The notes: generated by a model not told the origin, from the letters alone. A stretch of DNA of 64,000 nucleotides from Alphaproteobacteria bacterium (GCA_965228895.1 OZ245842.1:672001-736000), one strand, 5' to 3'. Counted from the first letter of the stretch, positions 9,219 through 20,036 are shown. Program-made: numbers and translations.

Positions 9219-10475
9219 ATGACCGGCTACTCCTTCTTTCGCCTCGCGGCAAGCGCCTTGGGCGTCGCCCAATCCGACGGTCCCGTCTTCGGTCGAGCGG
9301 TGCCCAAGCCGCGCTATGACGTGGTCATCGTCGGTGGCGGCGGTCATGGGCTGGCGACCGCGTACTATTTGGCCAAGCAACACGGCATCACCGATGTCGC
9401 GGTGATCGAGAAGGGCTGGCTCGGCGGCGGCAACACCGGACGCAACACCACGATCGTGCGCGCCGACTATCTGTTGCCGGGCAACCGGGAATTCTTCGGC
9501 CACGCGCTTGCCATGTGGCCCGGTCTGTCGCGCGAGCTCAACTTCAACATCATGTTCAGCCCGCGCGGTTATCTCGATCTCGCCCACACCGACGGCCAGC
9601 TCGACCACTTCATCCGCCGCGCCAACGGCTTGCGGCTCAACGGCATCGAGGCGCGTATTGTCGACCTCAAGACCTTGCGCGACTTGGAACCGGCCCTGGC
9701 GATCGGGCCGGAGCCGCCGGTCCCGGTCCTCGGTGGCTTGGTGCAGGACGGTGCGGGAACCGCGCGCCACGATGCCGTGGCCTGGGGTTATGCGCGCGGT
9801 GCCCACGGGCTCGGGGTCGACATCGTTCAGAACTGCGAGGTCACCGGCTTCAAGTTCGCGAGCGGGCGCATCGCCGGTGTCGAGACCGATCGCGGCACCA
9901 TCGCGACCGATACGGTCGTGGTCTCCGTCGCCGGTCATTCCAGCCGGGTAGCTGCCTTGGCCGGCCTTGCCCTGCCGATCGAAACCTACGCGGTGCAGGC
10001 CTTTGTCAGCGAACCGCTGAAGCCCGTTCTGCGGCGCGTCACCAACATGAATATCGGCTTTGCCTATGCCAGTCAGACCGACAAGGGCGAGATCGTCATG
10101 GGCGGCAACCTCGAGCCCTTGGCGAGCTATGCCCAGCGCGGCAGCATCGTGCGCGTCGGTGAGGTCGCGGCGAAGCTGGTGCACATCCTGCCGTTCCTCA
10201 GCCGCGTGCGCCTGATGCGCGCATGGAGCGGCATCGCCGATATCGCGGCGGACGGCAGCGCCATCGTCGGACCGACGCCGGTCGGCGGCCTCTATCTGAA
10301 CGCCGGATGGGGGTACTCGGGCTTCAAGGCAACGCCGGCGGCGGGCTGGTGCATGGCCCACACGGTGGCGAGCGGCAAGCCCCATCCCCTAATCGAACCT
10401 TTCTGCCTTGACCGGTTCGCGACCGGTGCCCTGCTCGACGAAGGCGGCACCGGCCCCTACACCTGGCTGCACTGA
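9219..10475 (+). CDS. soxB: Heterotetrameric sarcosine oxidase / N-methylglutamate dehydrogenase family beta subunit
   Basis: GGGGHGLATAYYLAK, GGGNTGRNTTIVR, ARHDAVAWGYA and GFKATP motifs. Confidence 0.88.
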   Translation: MTGYSFFRLAASALGVAQSDGPVFGRAVPKPRYDVVIVGGGGHGLATAYYLAKQHGITDVAVIEKGWLGGGNTGRNTTIVRADYLLPGNREFFGHALAMWPGLSRELNFNIMFSPRGYLDLAHTDGQLDHFIRRANGLRLNGIEARIVDLKTLRDLEPALAIGPEPPVPVLGGLVQDGAGTARHDAVAWGYARGAHGLGVDIVQNCEVTGFKFASGRIAGVETDRGTIATDTVVVSVAGHSSRVAALAGLALPIETYAVQAFVSEPLKPVLRRVTNMNIGFAYASQTDKGEIVMGGNLEPLASYAQRGSIVRVGEVAAKLVHILPFLSRVRLMRAWSGIADIAADGSAIVGPTPVGGLYLNAGWGYSGFKATPAAGWCMAHTVASGKPHPLIEPFCLDRFATGALLDEGGTGPYTWLH

Positions 10476-10484
10476 GGCCGCGCG

Positions 10485-10742
10485 ATGCTGATCATCCCTT
10501 GCCCCTGGTGCGGCGCGCGCGACGAAAGCGAGTTCAGCTATGGCGGTACAGCGCAACCCCTGCCACCGCTCGATGCGGACGCCGCTGCTTGGCAGCGCGC
10601 ACTTTATGTCCACGACAATCCCAAGGACTGGCACGAGGATCTGTGGTTTCACGCGTTCGGTTGCGAACGCTGGTTTGTCGTGCGCCGCCACACGGTGACC
10701 CAGGAGATCGCCGGTAGCGCACCGCCGGGGAACCGGCCATGA
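10485..10742 (+). CDS. soxD: Sarcosine oxidase family delta subunit
   Basis: CPWCGARDESEF.YGG, WFH..GC and RHTVT zinc motifs. Confidence 0.92.
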   Translation: MLIIPCPWCGARDESEFSYGGTAQPLPPLDADAAAWQRALYVHDNPKDWHEDLWFHAFGCERWFVVRRHTVTQEIAGSAPPGNRP

Positions 10743-13708
10743 GCGCGGGGTATCAGAGGTTCCGTCTGGCGGAGGGCGGTCTGATCGACCGGACCCGGCC
10801 GCTCTCGTTCACCTTCAATGGCCGCCATCTGACCGGTTATGCCGGCGACACGCTGGCTTCGGCCCTAATGGCGAACGGCATCGATGTGGTGGCGCGCAGT
10901 TTCAAATACCACCGTCCGCGCGGCGTCATGACCGACGGGCCGGAGGAGCCGAACGCCGTCGTCACCGTGGGTGAGGGGCCATTGCGTACGCCTAACCTCA
11001 AGGCGACGGAGGTCCTTCTATCAGACGGTCTTGCTGCCCAGTCGCAGAACTGCTGGCCGTCGGTTGATCGCGATCTCGGCGCCATTGCCGGCCTTGCCGC
11101 ACCACTGCTCGGTGCCGGCTTTTACTACAAGACCTTCATGGCGCCGCGCGCCGCCTGGCCGTTGTTGTATGAGCGGTTAATCCGTCACGCAGCAGGCATG
11201 GGGAAGGCGCCTGAAGGTCCCGACACCGGTGCCTATGAACACAAGCATGTCACGTGCGACGTGTTGGTGATCGGCGCCGGTCCGGCAGGCCTGATGGCGG
11301 CACGAAACCTGGTGCAAGCCGGCCTGCGGCTCATCCTGTGCGACGAACGGCCACGGCCCGGCGGCGCGCTGACCGGGACCTTGGATGCCATCGACGGTGA
11401 GCCCGGCGCCACATGGGCTGCCCGTGTTGCCGATGACCTCGCGGCCATGCCGTCGGCGTCGGTCTTGGCGGACACGACCGCCGTATGGCTGGGCGACCAC
11501 CGGCTGGTGACGTTGGTCGAGCGGCGAAGTCACGGTGCCGAACGGCTCTGGCTGGTTCGTCCGCGCCATATTGTCCTGGCCACTGGCGCCATCGAAAGAC
11601 CTCTCTGTTTCCCCGGCAACGACCGGCCGGGCGTCATGCTGGCATCGGCGCTGGGTGCCTATGTTCATCGCTATGGGGTCGCGCCCGGTCGACGTGCCGT
11701 CCTCCATGCCAACAACGACTCCGGTTACGCCTCCCTCGAGGCTCTGCGTCATGCCGGGATCACGGTCGCGGGCGTGGTCGATCTGCGCCCGCGCGAGATG
11801 ATTGGTAAGGCCGCACTGGAGAAGGCGCGAGGATTGGACATCCTGGACGGCCACAGGGTTGCCGCGACGGCCGGCCGGCACCGCCTTCACCATGTCAACG
11901 TCGCGCGGCTCGACGATGACCGTACAGCCGAGCGGTTCGAAGCCGATCTGCTGTGTCTCGCCGGTGGTTGGTCGCCGACCCTGCACCTGCTGGCCCATCG
12001 CGGCGTGGCCATGCGCTATGACCGCCAGCGCGCGGCCTATGTTGCCGATGCGCCGGGCGACGACGTGACAGTCGCCGGTGCCGCGGCAGGGGTGGCCGGT
12101 CTTGCCGATTGTCTTGCCGACGGTGCCAAGGCGGCGGTCGCGACGCTGGGTGTCTTGGGTCGTGGCGCTAGGCCCCCCGAAACTCCCGAAGTCGCGGCGG
12201 AGACAGGATTGCCGCCTGGCGGGATCGGCGGGCCCTGGTGCAGCGCGCGCACCGGTAAACGCCGGCGAAAAGCCTTTGTCGACTTCCAGAACGATGTGAC
12301 TGCCGGTGATCTTGCGAGCGCGGTCGACGAGGGCTATGGCGCGATCGAGCACCTAAAGCGCTACACGACCGCCGGCATGGGCACCGATCAGGGCAAGCTC
12401 GGCAATGTCGTGGCCATCGGCGTGGTGGCCGAGCTGACCGGACACCCGATCGACCAGGTGGGCCACACCACCTTTCGCCCGCCCTATACGCCTGTCACCT
12501 TGGGTGCGCTTGTCAGCCACGCCAAGGGCGAGCATCTGTTCGCCACCCGGCAGACGCCGTTTCATGATCGTCATCTGGCCGCTGGCGCGCTGATGGAGCT
12601 GTCGGGTGCCTGGCATTACCCAAAGTACTATCCGCGTGACGGTGAGACGATGGAGGCGGCCATTGCCCGCGAGGTCAGCGCCGTCCGGAGCCGTGTCGGG
12701 TTTGTCGATATGTCGACGCTCGGCAAGGTCGAGCTTTATGGGCCCGACGCCGGCCAGTTCCTGGACCGCGTCTATGCCAACCGTCTTTCGACCTTGGCCG
12801 AGGGGCGTTGTCGTTACGCGTTGATGTTGCGCGAGGACGGCATGGTCTATGACGACGGCACGGTGACGCGCATGGCGAAGGACCGCTGGCACATCACCGC
12901 GTCGACCGCCCATGCCGACGGCGTCCTGCGCCATCTTCACCGCTTGCACCAAGTTGAATGGCCGAACCTTGATGTCGCACTGCTCGACGTGACCGAACAA
13001 TGGGCCGGCCTTGCGCTTGCCGGTCCCAGCGCGCGAGATGTGCTGAGCCAACTGTTGCCCGAACTCGACACGTCTCAGGCGGCCTTGCCCTTCCTGGGTT
13101 ATCGGGAGACCAGCCTTGGCGGGCAGGTCCTACGTATCTTCCGTATCACTTATTCGGGCGAACTCGCCTACGAAATCTATGTCGGCGCACACCATGCGGA
13201 CGTGTTGTGGGATGCGGTTGTTGCAGCGGGTCGGCCCCATGGCATCACGCCTTATGGGGTCGAGGCGCTGGATGTCATGCGCATTGAGAAGGGCCATGTT
13301 GCCGGCAGCGAGATTGACGGTCACACGACGCCGGGCGACTTGGGCCTTGGCCGCATGGTGAAGCGCGACACGCCGTTCCTGGGCAGTGCTCTGCTCAATC
13401 GGTCGGGCGTGAGTGAGGCCACCCGCCACGTGCTGGTTGGTTTGGTGTCGGCAGACGGACGCACGGCCATTCCGCGCGGCGCGCTGCTGGTTGCCGAAAC
13501 AGCCAGGTCGCAAGCGCTCGGCCATGTCACCGCGTCCGTCTTCAGTCCGACGCTCGACAAACCCATCGCGCTCGCCATGCTGAGCAGTGCCGAGGCCCAT
13601 GACTCCGCCCGGCTGCGCGCGGTGTCGCCTTCGGCTGGCCTCGATGTGGCGGTCACCTTAGCCGCGATGCCGTTCTATGATGCTGCGGGTGAACGGATGC
13701 GCGCATGA
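10739..13708 (+). CDS. soxA: Sarcosine oxidase family alpha subunit
   Basis: GDTLASAL.ANG, RSFKYHRPRG, KRYTT.GMG.DQGK and TFRPPY motifs; GcvT-like folate domain. Confidence 0.92.
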   Translation: MSAGYQRFRLAEGGLIDRTRPLSFTFNGRHLTGYAGDTLASALMANGIDVVARSFKYHRPRGVMTDGPEEPNAVVTVGEGPLRTPNLKATEVLLSDGLAAQSQNCWPSVDRDLGAIAGLAAPLLGAGFYYKTFMAPRAAWPLLYERLIRHAAGMGKAPEGPDTGAYEHKHVTCDVLVIGAGPAGLMAARNLVQAGLRLILCDERPRPGGALTGTLDAIDGEPGATWAARVADDLAAMPSASVLADTTAVWLGDHRLVTLVERRSHGAERLWLVRPRHIVLATGAIERPLCFPGNDRPGVMLASALGAYVHRYGVAPGRRAVLHANNDSGYASLEALRHAGITVAGVVDLRPREMIGKAALEKARGLDILDGHRVAATAGRHRLHHVNVARLDDDRTAERFEADLLCLAGGWSPTLHLLAHRGVAMRYDRQRAAYVADAPGDDVTVAGAAAGVAGLADCLADGAKAAVATLGVLGRGARPPETPEVAAETGLPPGGIGGPWCSARTGKRRRKAFVDFQNDVTAGDLASAVDEGYGAIEHLKRYTTAGMGTDQGKLGNVVAIGVVAELTGHPIDQVGHTTFRPPYTPVTLGALVSHAKGEHLFATRQTPFHDRHLAAGALMELSGAWHYPKYYPRDGETMEAAIAREVSAVRSRVGFVDMSTLGKVELYGPDAGQFLDRVYANRLSTLAEGRCRYALMLREDGMVYDDGTVTRMAKDRWHITASTAHADGVLRHLHRLHQVEWPNLDVALLDVTEQWAGLALAGPSARDVLSQLLPELDTSQAALPFLGYRETSLGGQVLRIFRITYSGELAYEIYVGAHHADVLWDAVVAAGRPHGITPYGVEALDVMRIEKGHVAGSEIDGHTTPGDLGLGRMVKRDTPFLGSALLNRSGVSEATRHVLVGLVSADGRTAIPRGALLVAETARSQALGHVTASVFSPTLDKPIALAMLSSAEAHDSARLRAVSPSAGLDVAVTLAAMPFYDAAGERMRA

Positions 13709-14187
13709 CGAAACTCGCGGAACACACGCTGCTCGCTGTACTGCGCCTGCGCGGGCGGGAGACAGGTGACGGTCCGCCAGCAGGGATCGATCTGCCGTTG
13801 CCGCCAGATGTTGGTCAGGCCGGCCATCAAGGCGCCCGCAGTGTTGTTAAGGTCGAACCGGGTGAGTGGCTTGTCGTACAGCGCAACCACGAGTCGGAAC
13901 CGGCGTCGTCAGGCTTTCCCGGCGAGGTGGCCGCCTTCGATGAAAGTGGCGCCTGGCGATTACTCAGTCTGGAAGGCAGCGCGGCCCGCGATGTCGTCGC
14001 GCAATTCTGCCCGATCGATTTCCAGACGACAGGGATGGATGAGGTATGCGGCTTTGCAACACAGCTCAGCGGCCATCCCGTTGTGGTCTTTCCCCGCTCT
14101 GGCGCGCTGATCGAAATCCTGGTTCGCCGCAGCTATGCGGCGTCGCTAGTGGCGTTGATCAACGACGCGATCGTCCGGTCTCCTTGA
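13705..14187 (+). CDS. soxG: Sarcosine oxidase family gamma subunit
   Basis: P.EWLV, CPIDF and VRRSYA motifs; ATGA overlap with soxA. Confidence 0.8.
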   Translation: MTKLAEHTLLAVLRLRGRETGDGPPAGIDLPLPPDVGQAGHQGARSVVKVEPGEWLVVQRNHESEPASSGFPGEVAAFDESGAWRLLSLEGSAARDVVAQFCPIDFQTTGMDEVCGFATQLSGHPVVVFPRSGALIEILVRRSYAASLVALINDAIVRSP

Positions 14188-14866
14188 CTTTTGTCGGTCG
14201 GTCGTCGCTGGCCGGATCGCTGCCATCGGCGAGCTGGTCGTAGACTTTGGTGCCCCAGCCGATGTCCTGCTCGACAAGTTCGCGGGCCAGCTTGGCGTTG
14301 CGCACGCGGATCGCCTCGGCAATGCGGGCATGCAACAGGCGCCAGTCTTCCGTCGTCTCCATGACGCGGACGACGTCGGCCAGATAGGGGCCGGACTGCG
14401 CCCACAGCCCCTCGATGATCGAGGTCAGCTCCGGGTTGCCGGCGCCGGTATAGATGGTGAAGTGGAAACTGTAGTTGTCAGCCAGATAGTCGCGCCGGAC
14501 GCCGTCCTTGATGTGCTCGTTGGTCTGATGGGCCAGCCGTTCGAGCTCGTCGATCTGGGCGGCGGTCATGCGTGGTGTGGCAAGTTCCGTCGCCGCGCCC
14601 TCCAGGTTGGCGCGCAGGAAGAACAAGTCCGATACGCGCTTGGGATCGAGCCTGGGCACACGAAACGAGCGGTTGGCCGACGAGACAAGCGCCCGTTCCG
14701 ATGCCAGGCGTTTCAGCGCTTCGCGCACGGGCATCATGCTGGTGCCCATCTTCTCCGCCACCGTGCGGATCGAGAGCGCACTGTCGGGCCCATGCTCGCC
14801 GACGATCAGCGACCACTTGAGTTGCTGGTAGATCTGCTCGCTGAGCGTTGCCTCGCTTCGCGCCAT
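14159..14866 (-). CDS. GntR-family (FCD domain) transcriptional regulator
   Basis: wHTH with GTS.MPVREAL..L; FCD N..FH motif. Confidence 0.92.
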   Translation of the reverse strand: MARSEATLSEQIYQQLKWSLIVGEHGPDSALSIRTVAEKMGTSMMPVREALKRLASERALVSSANRSFRVPRLDPKRVSDLFFLRANLEGAATELATPRMTAAQIDELERLAHQTNEHIKDGVRRDYLADNYSFHFTIYTGAGNPELTSIIEGLWAQSGPYLADVVRVMETTEDWRLLHARIAEAIRVRNAKLARELVEQDIGWGTKVYDQLADGSDPASDDRPTKVKETGRSRR

Positions 14867-16521
14867 CAGTTGCCTGCCGCCCGCTGTCCGGTTTGACGCC
14901 GATACTCCATGACCTCCTCGAGCCAGCCGACCCTGAGATCAGGCACCGAGCTCAAGAGCAGATCAGTATAGGCGTGATGAGGTGGCCGCAGCACCTCTGC
15001 GGTCGGCCCGGCTTCAACGACCTCGCCATAGCGCATGACCGCAACCTTGTCGGCGATACGCGCGATGGTCGAGATGTCGTGCGAGATAAAGACATAGGCG
15101 ACATTCAGGCGTTCCTGCAGTTCGTCGAGCAGTTCCAGAATCGATTCGGCCACCACCGTGTCGAGGGCCGAGGTGATTTCGTCGCAGATGATCAACTTCG
15201 GATCAGCAGCCAGCGCACGGGCTAGGTTGACGCGCTGCTTCTGGCCGCCGGAAAGCTCGCGCGGGAAACGTCTGGCGAAAGATGGGTCGAGCCCGACCAG
15301 TTCCAGGAGTTCCTCGACTCGCTGATCGGCGGTCTTGCGGTTGGCGCCGAAGTAGAACGCCAGCGGACGGCCCAGGATCTTTGCGATCGTATGGCGCGGG
15401 TTGAGCGCCACGTCGGCCATCTGGAAGACAATCTGGACCTCGCGCAACTCATCACGCGTGCGTTGCTTCAGCGAGCCGGCCAGCGGGCGTCCATCCAGCA
15501 TGACCTCGCCCTCCCAGGGCGTCATCAGGCCGCTGATCACCCGTCCCAAGGTCGACTTGCCAGAGCCGGACTCACCGATGACGCCGACCGTTTCCGATGC
15601 TGAGACGTCGATCGACACGTCTTTGAGCGCGGGAACCTCGCGCTGGGCGCCGTAACCCGAGAAGACGTTCCTGACCTCAAGAAGGGGCTTGCCGCCTTGC
15701 GATGGACGCTGCATCACCTCCACAGGCATCACGTGGGCGGCATCGATCAGTTCCTTGGTGTAGCTTTCTTGTGGGTTGCCGATGATTGTTTCAGTTGGGC
15801 CGTACTCGACCATACGTCCGTCCTTTAGGACCAGGATCTCGTCGGCGATCTGGGCGACGACGGCGAGGTCGTGGCTGACATAGATGGCCGAGGTCTGGTT
15901 CTCGTGGACCAGGTTCTTGAACGCCTGCAGCACCTCGATCTGGGTCGTGACGTCGAGCGCCGTGGTCGGCTCGTCGAGGATCAAGAGCCGGGGACTGCAC
16001 ATCATCGCCATCGCCGCCATCAGGCGCTGCAACTGGCCGCCGCTGACCTGATGGGGATAGCGCTGGCCAATGGTCTCCGGTGACGGCAGGTCCAGTTCGC
16101 CATAGAGCACGGCGGCTTTCTTGGTCGCGTCCTCACGGCTCATCAGGCCGCGGATCAGCGGAATCTCGGTGACCTGCCGGTTGATCGACAGCGCGCCGTT
16201 GAACGAAGCCGCCGCGCTTTGGGCGACATAGGAGATGTTGACACCGCGCATCTGCTGACGCCCGACGAGGTCGAGTTGCAACACGTCCTTGCCGTCGAGC
16301 AGGATTTCGCCGCCTTTGAAGGCGCAGCCCGGACGGGTATAGCCGAGGCAGCCGAGCGAAATCGTCGTCTTGCCCGAGCCGGATTCGCCGATCAGCGCGA
16401 CGACCTTGCCGGGCGCGACAGAGAACGAGATGTCTTCGACGATCGGCGTGTGTTCACCGCGCCGGCCGACGGCGTCGACCGACAGGTTGCGGATATCGAT
16501 GACATTGCCGGTCATGATCAA
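14866..16521 (-). CDS. Peptide/nickel-type ABC transporter, fused double ATPase
   Basis: Two Walker A (GESGSGK) and two signature motifs (SGGQ). Confidence 0.95.
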   Translation of the reverse strand: MIMTGNVIDIRNLSVDAVGRRGEHTPIVEDISFSVAPGKVVALIGESGSGKTTISLGCLGYTRPGCAFKGGEILLDGKDVLQLDLVGRQQMRGVNISYVAQSAAASFNGALSINRQVTEIPLIRGLMSREDATKKAAVLYGELDLPSPETIGQRYPHQVSGGQLQRLMAAMAMMCSPRLLILDEPTTALDVTTQIEVLQAFKNLVHENQTSAIYVSHDLAVVAQIADEILVLKDGRMVEYGPTETIIGNPQESYTKELIDAAHVMPVEVMQRPSQGGKPLLEVRNVFSGYGAQREVPALKDVSIDVSASETVGVIGESGSGKSTLGRVISGLMTPWEGEVMLDGRPLAGSLKQRTRDELREVQIVFQMADVALNPRHTIAKILGRPLAFYFGANRKTADQRVEELLELVGLDPSFARRFPRELSGGQKQRVNLARALAADPKLIICDEITSALDTVVAESILELLDELQERLNVAYVFISHDISTIARIADKVAVMRYGEVVEAGPTAEVLRPPHHAYTDLLLSSVPDLRVGWLEEVMEYRRQTGQRAAGN

Positions 16522-17372
16522 AGGTCGTCCGGCAGACTGGCATCGTTGCGCCGGAGATACCAGTCGACCAGCAGGTTGATGCTGATCGTGATGGCGGCGA
16601 TGCAGAGCGCCGGGTAGATCGGCGCGAAGGTACCGTAGAGCAGGCCCTGCATGTTCTCGCGGATCAGGACGCCCAGATCGGCTTGCGGCGGCTGGACGCC
16701 CAGACCCAGGAAACTGAGGGCGGAGATGAAGAGAATCGCGTAAGTAAAGCGGATACCGAACTCCGCCGCCAACGGCACCAGGGCATTGGGCAGGATCTCA
16801 TGCCACATCAGCCAACCGAATTTCTCACCGCGCACGGTCGCCGCCTCGATGTAGTCCTGGACCACGATGTCGACGCCAAGCGCGCGCGCAACACGGAACA
16901 CCCGCGTCGAGTCGATAAAGGCGATGGTGATGATGAGCACCGGGATCGACGGCCCGAGCGCGGTGAGCACGATCAACGCCAGCATGATCGACGGGAAGGC
17001 GATGAGGGCATCGACCAGACGGCTGATCAGCATGTCGAAGCGGCCACCGAAGACGGCGGCCAGGAACCCCAGGCTGCAGCCGACAAAAAATGCCAGGAAC
17101 GCGATCGCCAGCGAGACCGCAACAGTCAACCTGAGACCATAGAACAGCCGCGAGAATAGATCGCGGCCCAGATAGTCGCTGCCCAGCAGCAGGCCATCGC
17201 CGGGCGCTGCGAAACTGCTGTTGGTCAGGATCTCGCCTTCGCGATAAGGCGCCAGCCAGGGTGCGAGGATGGCTGCCAGCAGGATCAACAGAATGACGAG
17301 CAGGCATACGGCCGCTGTCGGCGTCAGATCACGCCTGAACTCGCGAAAGGCTATGGCGGCCCGCGTCGCCAT
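16518..17372 (-). CDS. ABC permease (DppC-like)
   Basis: LGSDYLGRDLFSR, EAA loop and LSFLGLG. Confidence 0.95.
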   Translation of the reverse strand: MATRAAIAFREFRRDLTPTAAVCLLVILLILLAAILAPWLAPYREGEILTNSSFAAPGDGLLLGSDYLGRDLFSRLFYGLRLTVAVSLAIAFLAFFVGCSLGFLAAVFGGRFDMLISRLVDALIAFPSIMLALIVLTALGPSIPVLIITIAFIDSTRVFRVARALGVDIVVQDYIEAATVRGEKFGWLMWHEILPNALVPLAAEFGIRFTYAILFISALSFLGLGVQPPQADLGVLIRENMQGLLYGTFAPIYPALCIAAITISINLLVDWYLRRNDASLPDDL

Positions 17373-18326
17373 CTACTTCGGATGCCTAATGCGCGGGCTG
17401 GCGATTAGCGACACAATGTCCGCCGCCATGTTGAGCACCACATAGGTCGAGCAGAAGATCATTGCTGCGGCCTGGACCAGCGGAATATCGCGTGTTGTCA
17501 CGCCCTCGACCATCAGCTTGCCGACGCCGGGGAAGTTGAACATGGTCTCGATCACCACGATGCCGCTGATCAGGTAAGCGAGATTGAGGGCGACCACGTT
17601 GACGATTGGCGCGATTGCGTTGGGCAGGGCGTGGACCAGGATGATCCGCCATTTCGGCACGCCCTTCAGAATCGCCATCTCGATCGGCGACGACGTCAGG
17701 ACATTCAACACGGCGCTGCGCGTCATGCGCGCCATATGCGCCATCACGGTGAAGGAAAGCGCGGTGACCGGCAGGGCCAAGACACGCGCATACTCCATGA
17801 ACCCGTCGACCCGGTTCAGATTGGCAATGGCCGGCAACCAGCCGAGTTGGACGGCAAACAGAGACACCAGCAGGACGGCGATGAGAAAATCCGGCACCGA
17901 GATGAGCGCCAGCGTCGACGTCGAGATCAGCCGGTCGGTCGTGCCGTTGGGCCGGGTCGAGGCAATAAGCCCCAGCATGATCGAAAGCGGCACAGCGATG
18001 GCAGCCGTTACCGATGCCAACAGGACGGTGTTGCCGATACGCTCGCCGATGACCTCGTTCAGGTCGGCGCCGTTGGCCAACGAGGTGCCGAGATCACCGC
18101 GTAGCAGGTCAGCCAGCCAGGCGAGGTAACGCAGATAAGCGGGTTCATCGAGGCCAAGCCGCTCGCGGATGTTGGCGACCAGTTCCGGCGTCGCGCCCTG
18201 ACCCAGGATCGCATAGGCAACGTCGCCGGGCAGGATTTCGGTGCCGGCAAAGACCAGGATCGAGACGATAAGCACGGTCAGCACACCCAGACCCAGGCGC
18301 TGCAACACGACACCGAGGATGGTCAT
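17373..18326 (-). CDS. ABC permease (DppB-like)
   Basis: PGD.A..ILG, GDLGTS, HALPNA and IET.FN.PG.G. Confidence 0.95.
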   Translation of the reverse strand: MTILGVVLQRLGLGVLTVLIVSILVFAGTEILPGDVAYAILGQGATPELVANIRERLGLDEPAYLRYLAWLADLLRGDLGTSLANGADLNEVIGERIGNTVLLASVTAAIAVPLSIMLGLIASTRPNGTTDRLISTSTLALISVPDFLIAVLLVSLFAVQLGWLPAIANLNRVDGFMEYARVLALPVTALSFTVMAHMARMTRSAVLNVLTSSPIEMAILKGVPKWRIILVHALPNAIAPIVNVVALNLAYLISGIVVIETMFNFPGVGKLMVEGVTTRDIPLVQAAAMIFCSTYVVLNMAADIVSLIASPRIRHPK

Positions 18327-18437
18327 GGGAGACGGTTTCCGGTCATCGGAAGCATGGCATCAACGAGTACCATGAACGGGCCGCCGCGAGAGCACTCTCC
18401 CGCGGAGGCATAGCGTTCAGGCTGAGACCCGATGCCT

Positions 18438-20036
18438 TTAGCTCTGGGCGCCCTCGATCCACGCGGTACGCGCAAACTGGTAGAAACCAAGCGGACCGGA
18501 CGGATGAGGCGTGATGCCCTGGACCTCGGAACGACCGGCGTCCAGGTAGTCGATGAAGGCCATGGTGATGTGACCGCCATCGTCCTGGATCATGCGCTGG
18601 AGCTGGCAATACATCTCCTTGCGCTTGTCGAAATCGGTGACGCCGCGGGCTTCGACCATGATCTTGTCGAAGTCCTCGTTGTTCCACGCGGTTTCGTTGT
18701 AGGCCGCGCCGCCGGCAAAGGCGATCGACAGGATGAGATCGGGAACCGGACGGCCGTCCCAGCCGGACACACATGCCGGTTTCGCCATCCACGCTGTCTG
18801 CCAATAGGTGTCGGCCGGCGGCTGAACGATGTTGAGGTCGATGCCGGCCGCCCGTGCGGATTCCTGGAACACCTGGGCGCTGGCCAGGCCGCCCTGGCCG
18901 GGCACGTCAGAGGCATAGAAATCGATCGGTGTGCCGGACAAGCCCGTCTTCTCGAAGTGGAACTTGGCCTTATCGGGATCATAGGCACGCTGTTCGATAT
19001 CGCTGCAGTAATAGGGATCAATCGGCGAAATCGGGTGATCGTTGCCGACATGACCGAAACCCTTCATCACGTTGTTGACGATCGCGTCGCGATCGATGGC
19101 GTACTTCATCGCCATGCGGAAGTCGGGATCGTTTGTCGGCTCGCGGTCCAGCATCATGGCGACGTTCAGGAACGAGGCGCTCCTGGCGTTCAGCACATTG
19201 ACGTCGTCGCGCTGATCGATCAGGTCGACGGCCTTCGGATCGAGATAAAGCAGCAGGTTGATGTCGTCGGACAACAGCGCGTTGGTGCGCGCCGTCGGGT
19301 CGCCGATACCCACGGTCTCGATCTCGTCGACATAGGGCCCGTCATCGCCCCAATAGTCGTCGTTGCGTTCGAAGATATAGGTCGAACCGGCTTTGAACTC
19401 CTTGACCTTGTAGGGCCCGGTGCCCGACGTGTTGGTCGAGAAGTCGGTCCAGCCGTCCTGGACGATCTGTACGCGTGTATCGCTCAATACAATCGGAAAA
19501 TCCGCGTTGGGCGATGACAGCATGAACTTGACGACGTTGTCGCCGTCCTTGGTCATCTCCGTGATCTGGTTCAGGTACGCCTTGGCCGGCGATTCGGACT
19601 CTTCCGCCAGATGGCGATTGAACGAATAGATGACGTCATCGGCGCTGAAGATCTTGCCGCTGTGGAAGGTGACGCCGTCGCGCAACTGGAACGTCCATTC
19701 CGTCGCGTCCGCGCTGGGTTCCCAGCTGGTCGCGAGCCACGGTATCGGACGCAGGTCTTCGCCGCGATTGACCATCAGGTCGTACACCGTGAAGCCACGC
19801 AGCAGATCGGCGGTCGAATAGAACCCCGTCGGGTCGAGCGTGTCGATGTTCAGCGCCGACTCGACACCGACCGTGATGCGTCCGCCCATTTCCGGCGATT
19901 GCGCCTTGGCGGCGCTGGTGATCAAGCCAGGCAGGACCGCGGCGCCGACACCGGCCGCTGCCAGGCGGCCGGAGAACTCGCGCCGCGAGATGCGCCGCTT
20001 GATGAACAGATCCGTCAGATACTTGATTTGCGACAT
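18438..20036 (-). CDS. ABC solute-binding protein, family 5, Tat-exported
   Basis: SRREF twin-arginine leader; LRDGVTFH.G and GTGPYK; GGGGAGG RBS before ATG 20036. Confidence 0.93.
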   Translation of the reverse strand: MSQIKYLTDLFIKRRISRREFSGRLAAAGVGAAVLPGLITSAAKAQSPEMGGRITVGVESALNIDTLDPTGFYSTADLLRGFTVYDLMVNRGEDLRPIPWLATSWEPSADATEWTFQLRDGVTFHSGKIFSADDVIYSFNRHLAEESESPAKAYLNQITEMTKDGDNVVKFMLSSPNADFPIVLSDTRVQIVQDGWTDFSTNTSGTGPYKVKEFKAGSTYIFERNDDYWGDDGPYVDEIETVGIGDPTARTNALLSDDINLLLYLDPKAVDLIDQRDDVNVLNARSASFLNVAMMLDREPTNDPDFRMAMKYAIDRDAIVNNVMKGFGHVGNDHPISPIDPYYCSDIEQRAYDPDKAKFHFEKTGLSGTPIDFYASDVPGQGGLASAQVFQESARAAGIDLNIVQPPADTYWQTAWMAKPACVSGWDGRPVPDLILSIAFAGGAAYNETAWNNEDFDKIMVEARGVTDFDKRKEMYCQLQRMIQDDGGHITMAFIDYLDAGRSEVQGITPHPSGPLGFYQFARTAWIEGAQS

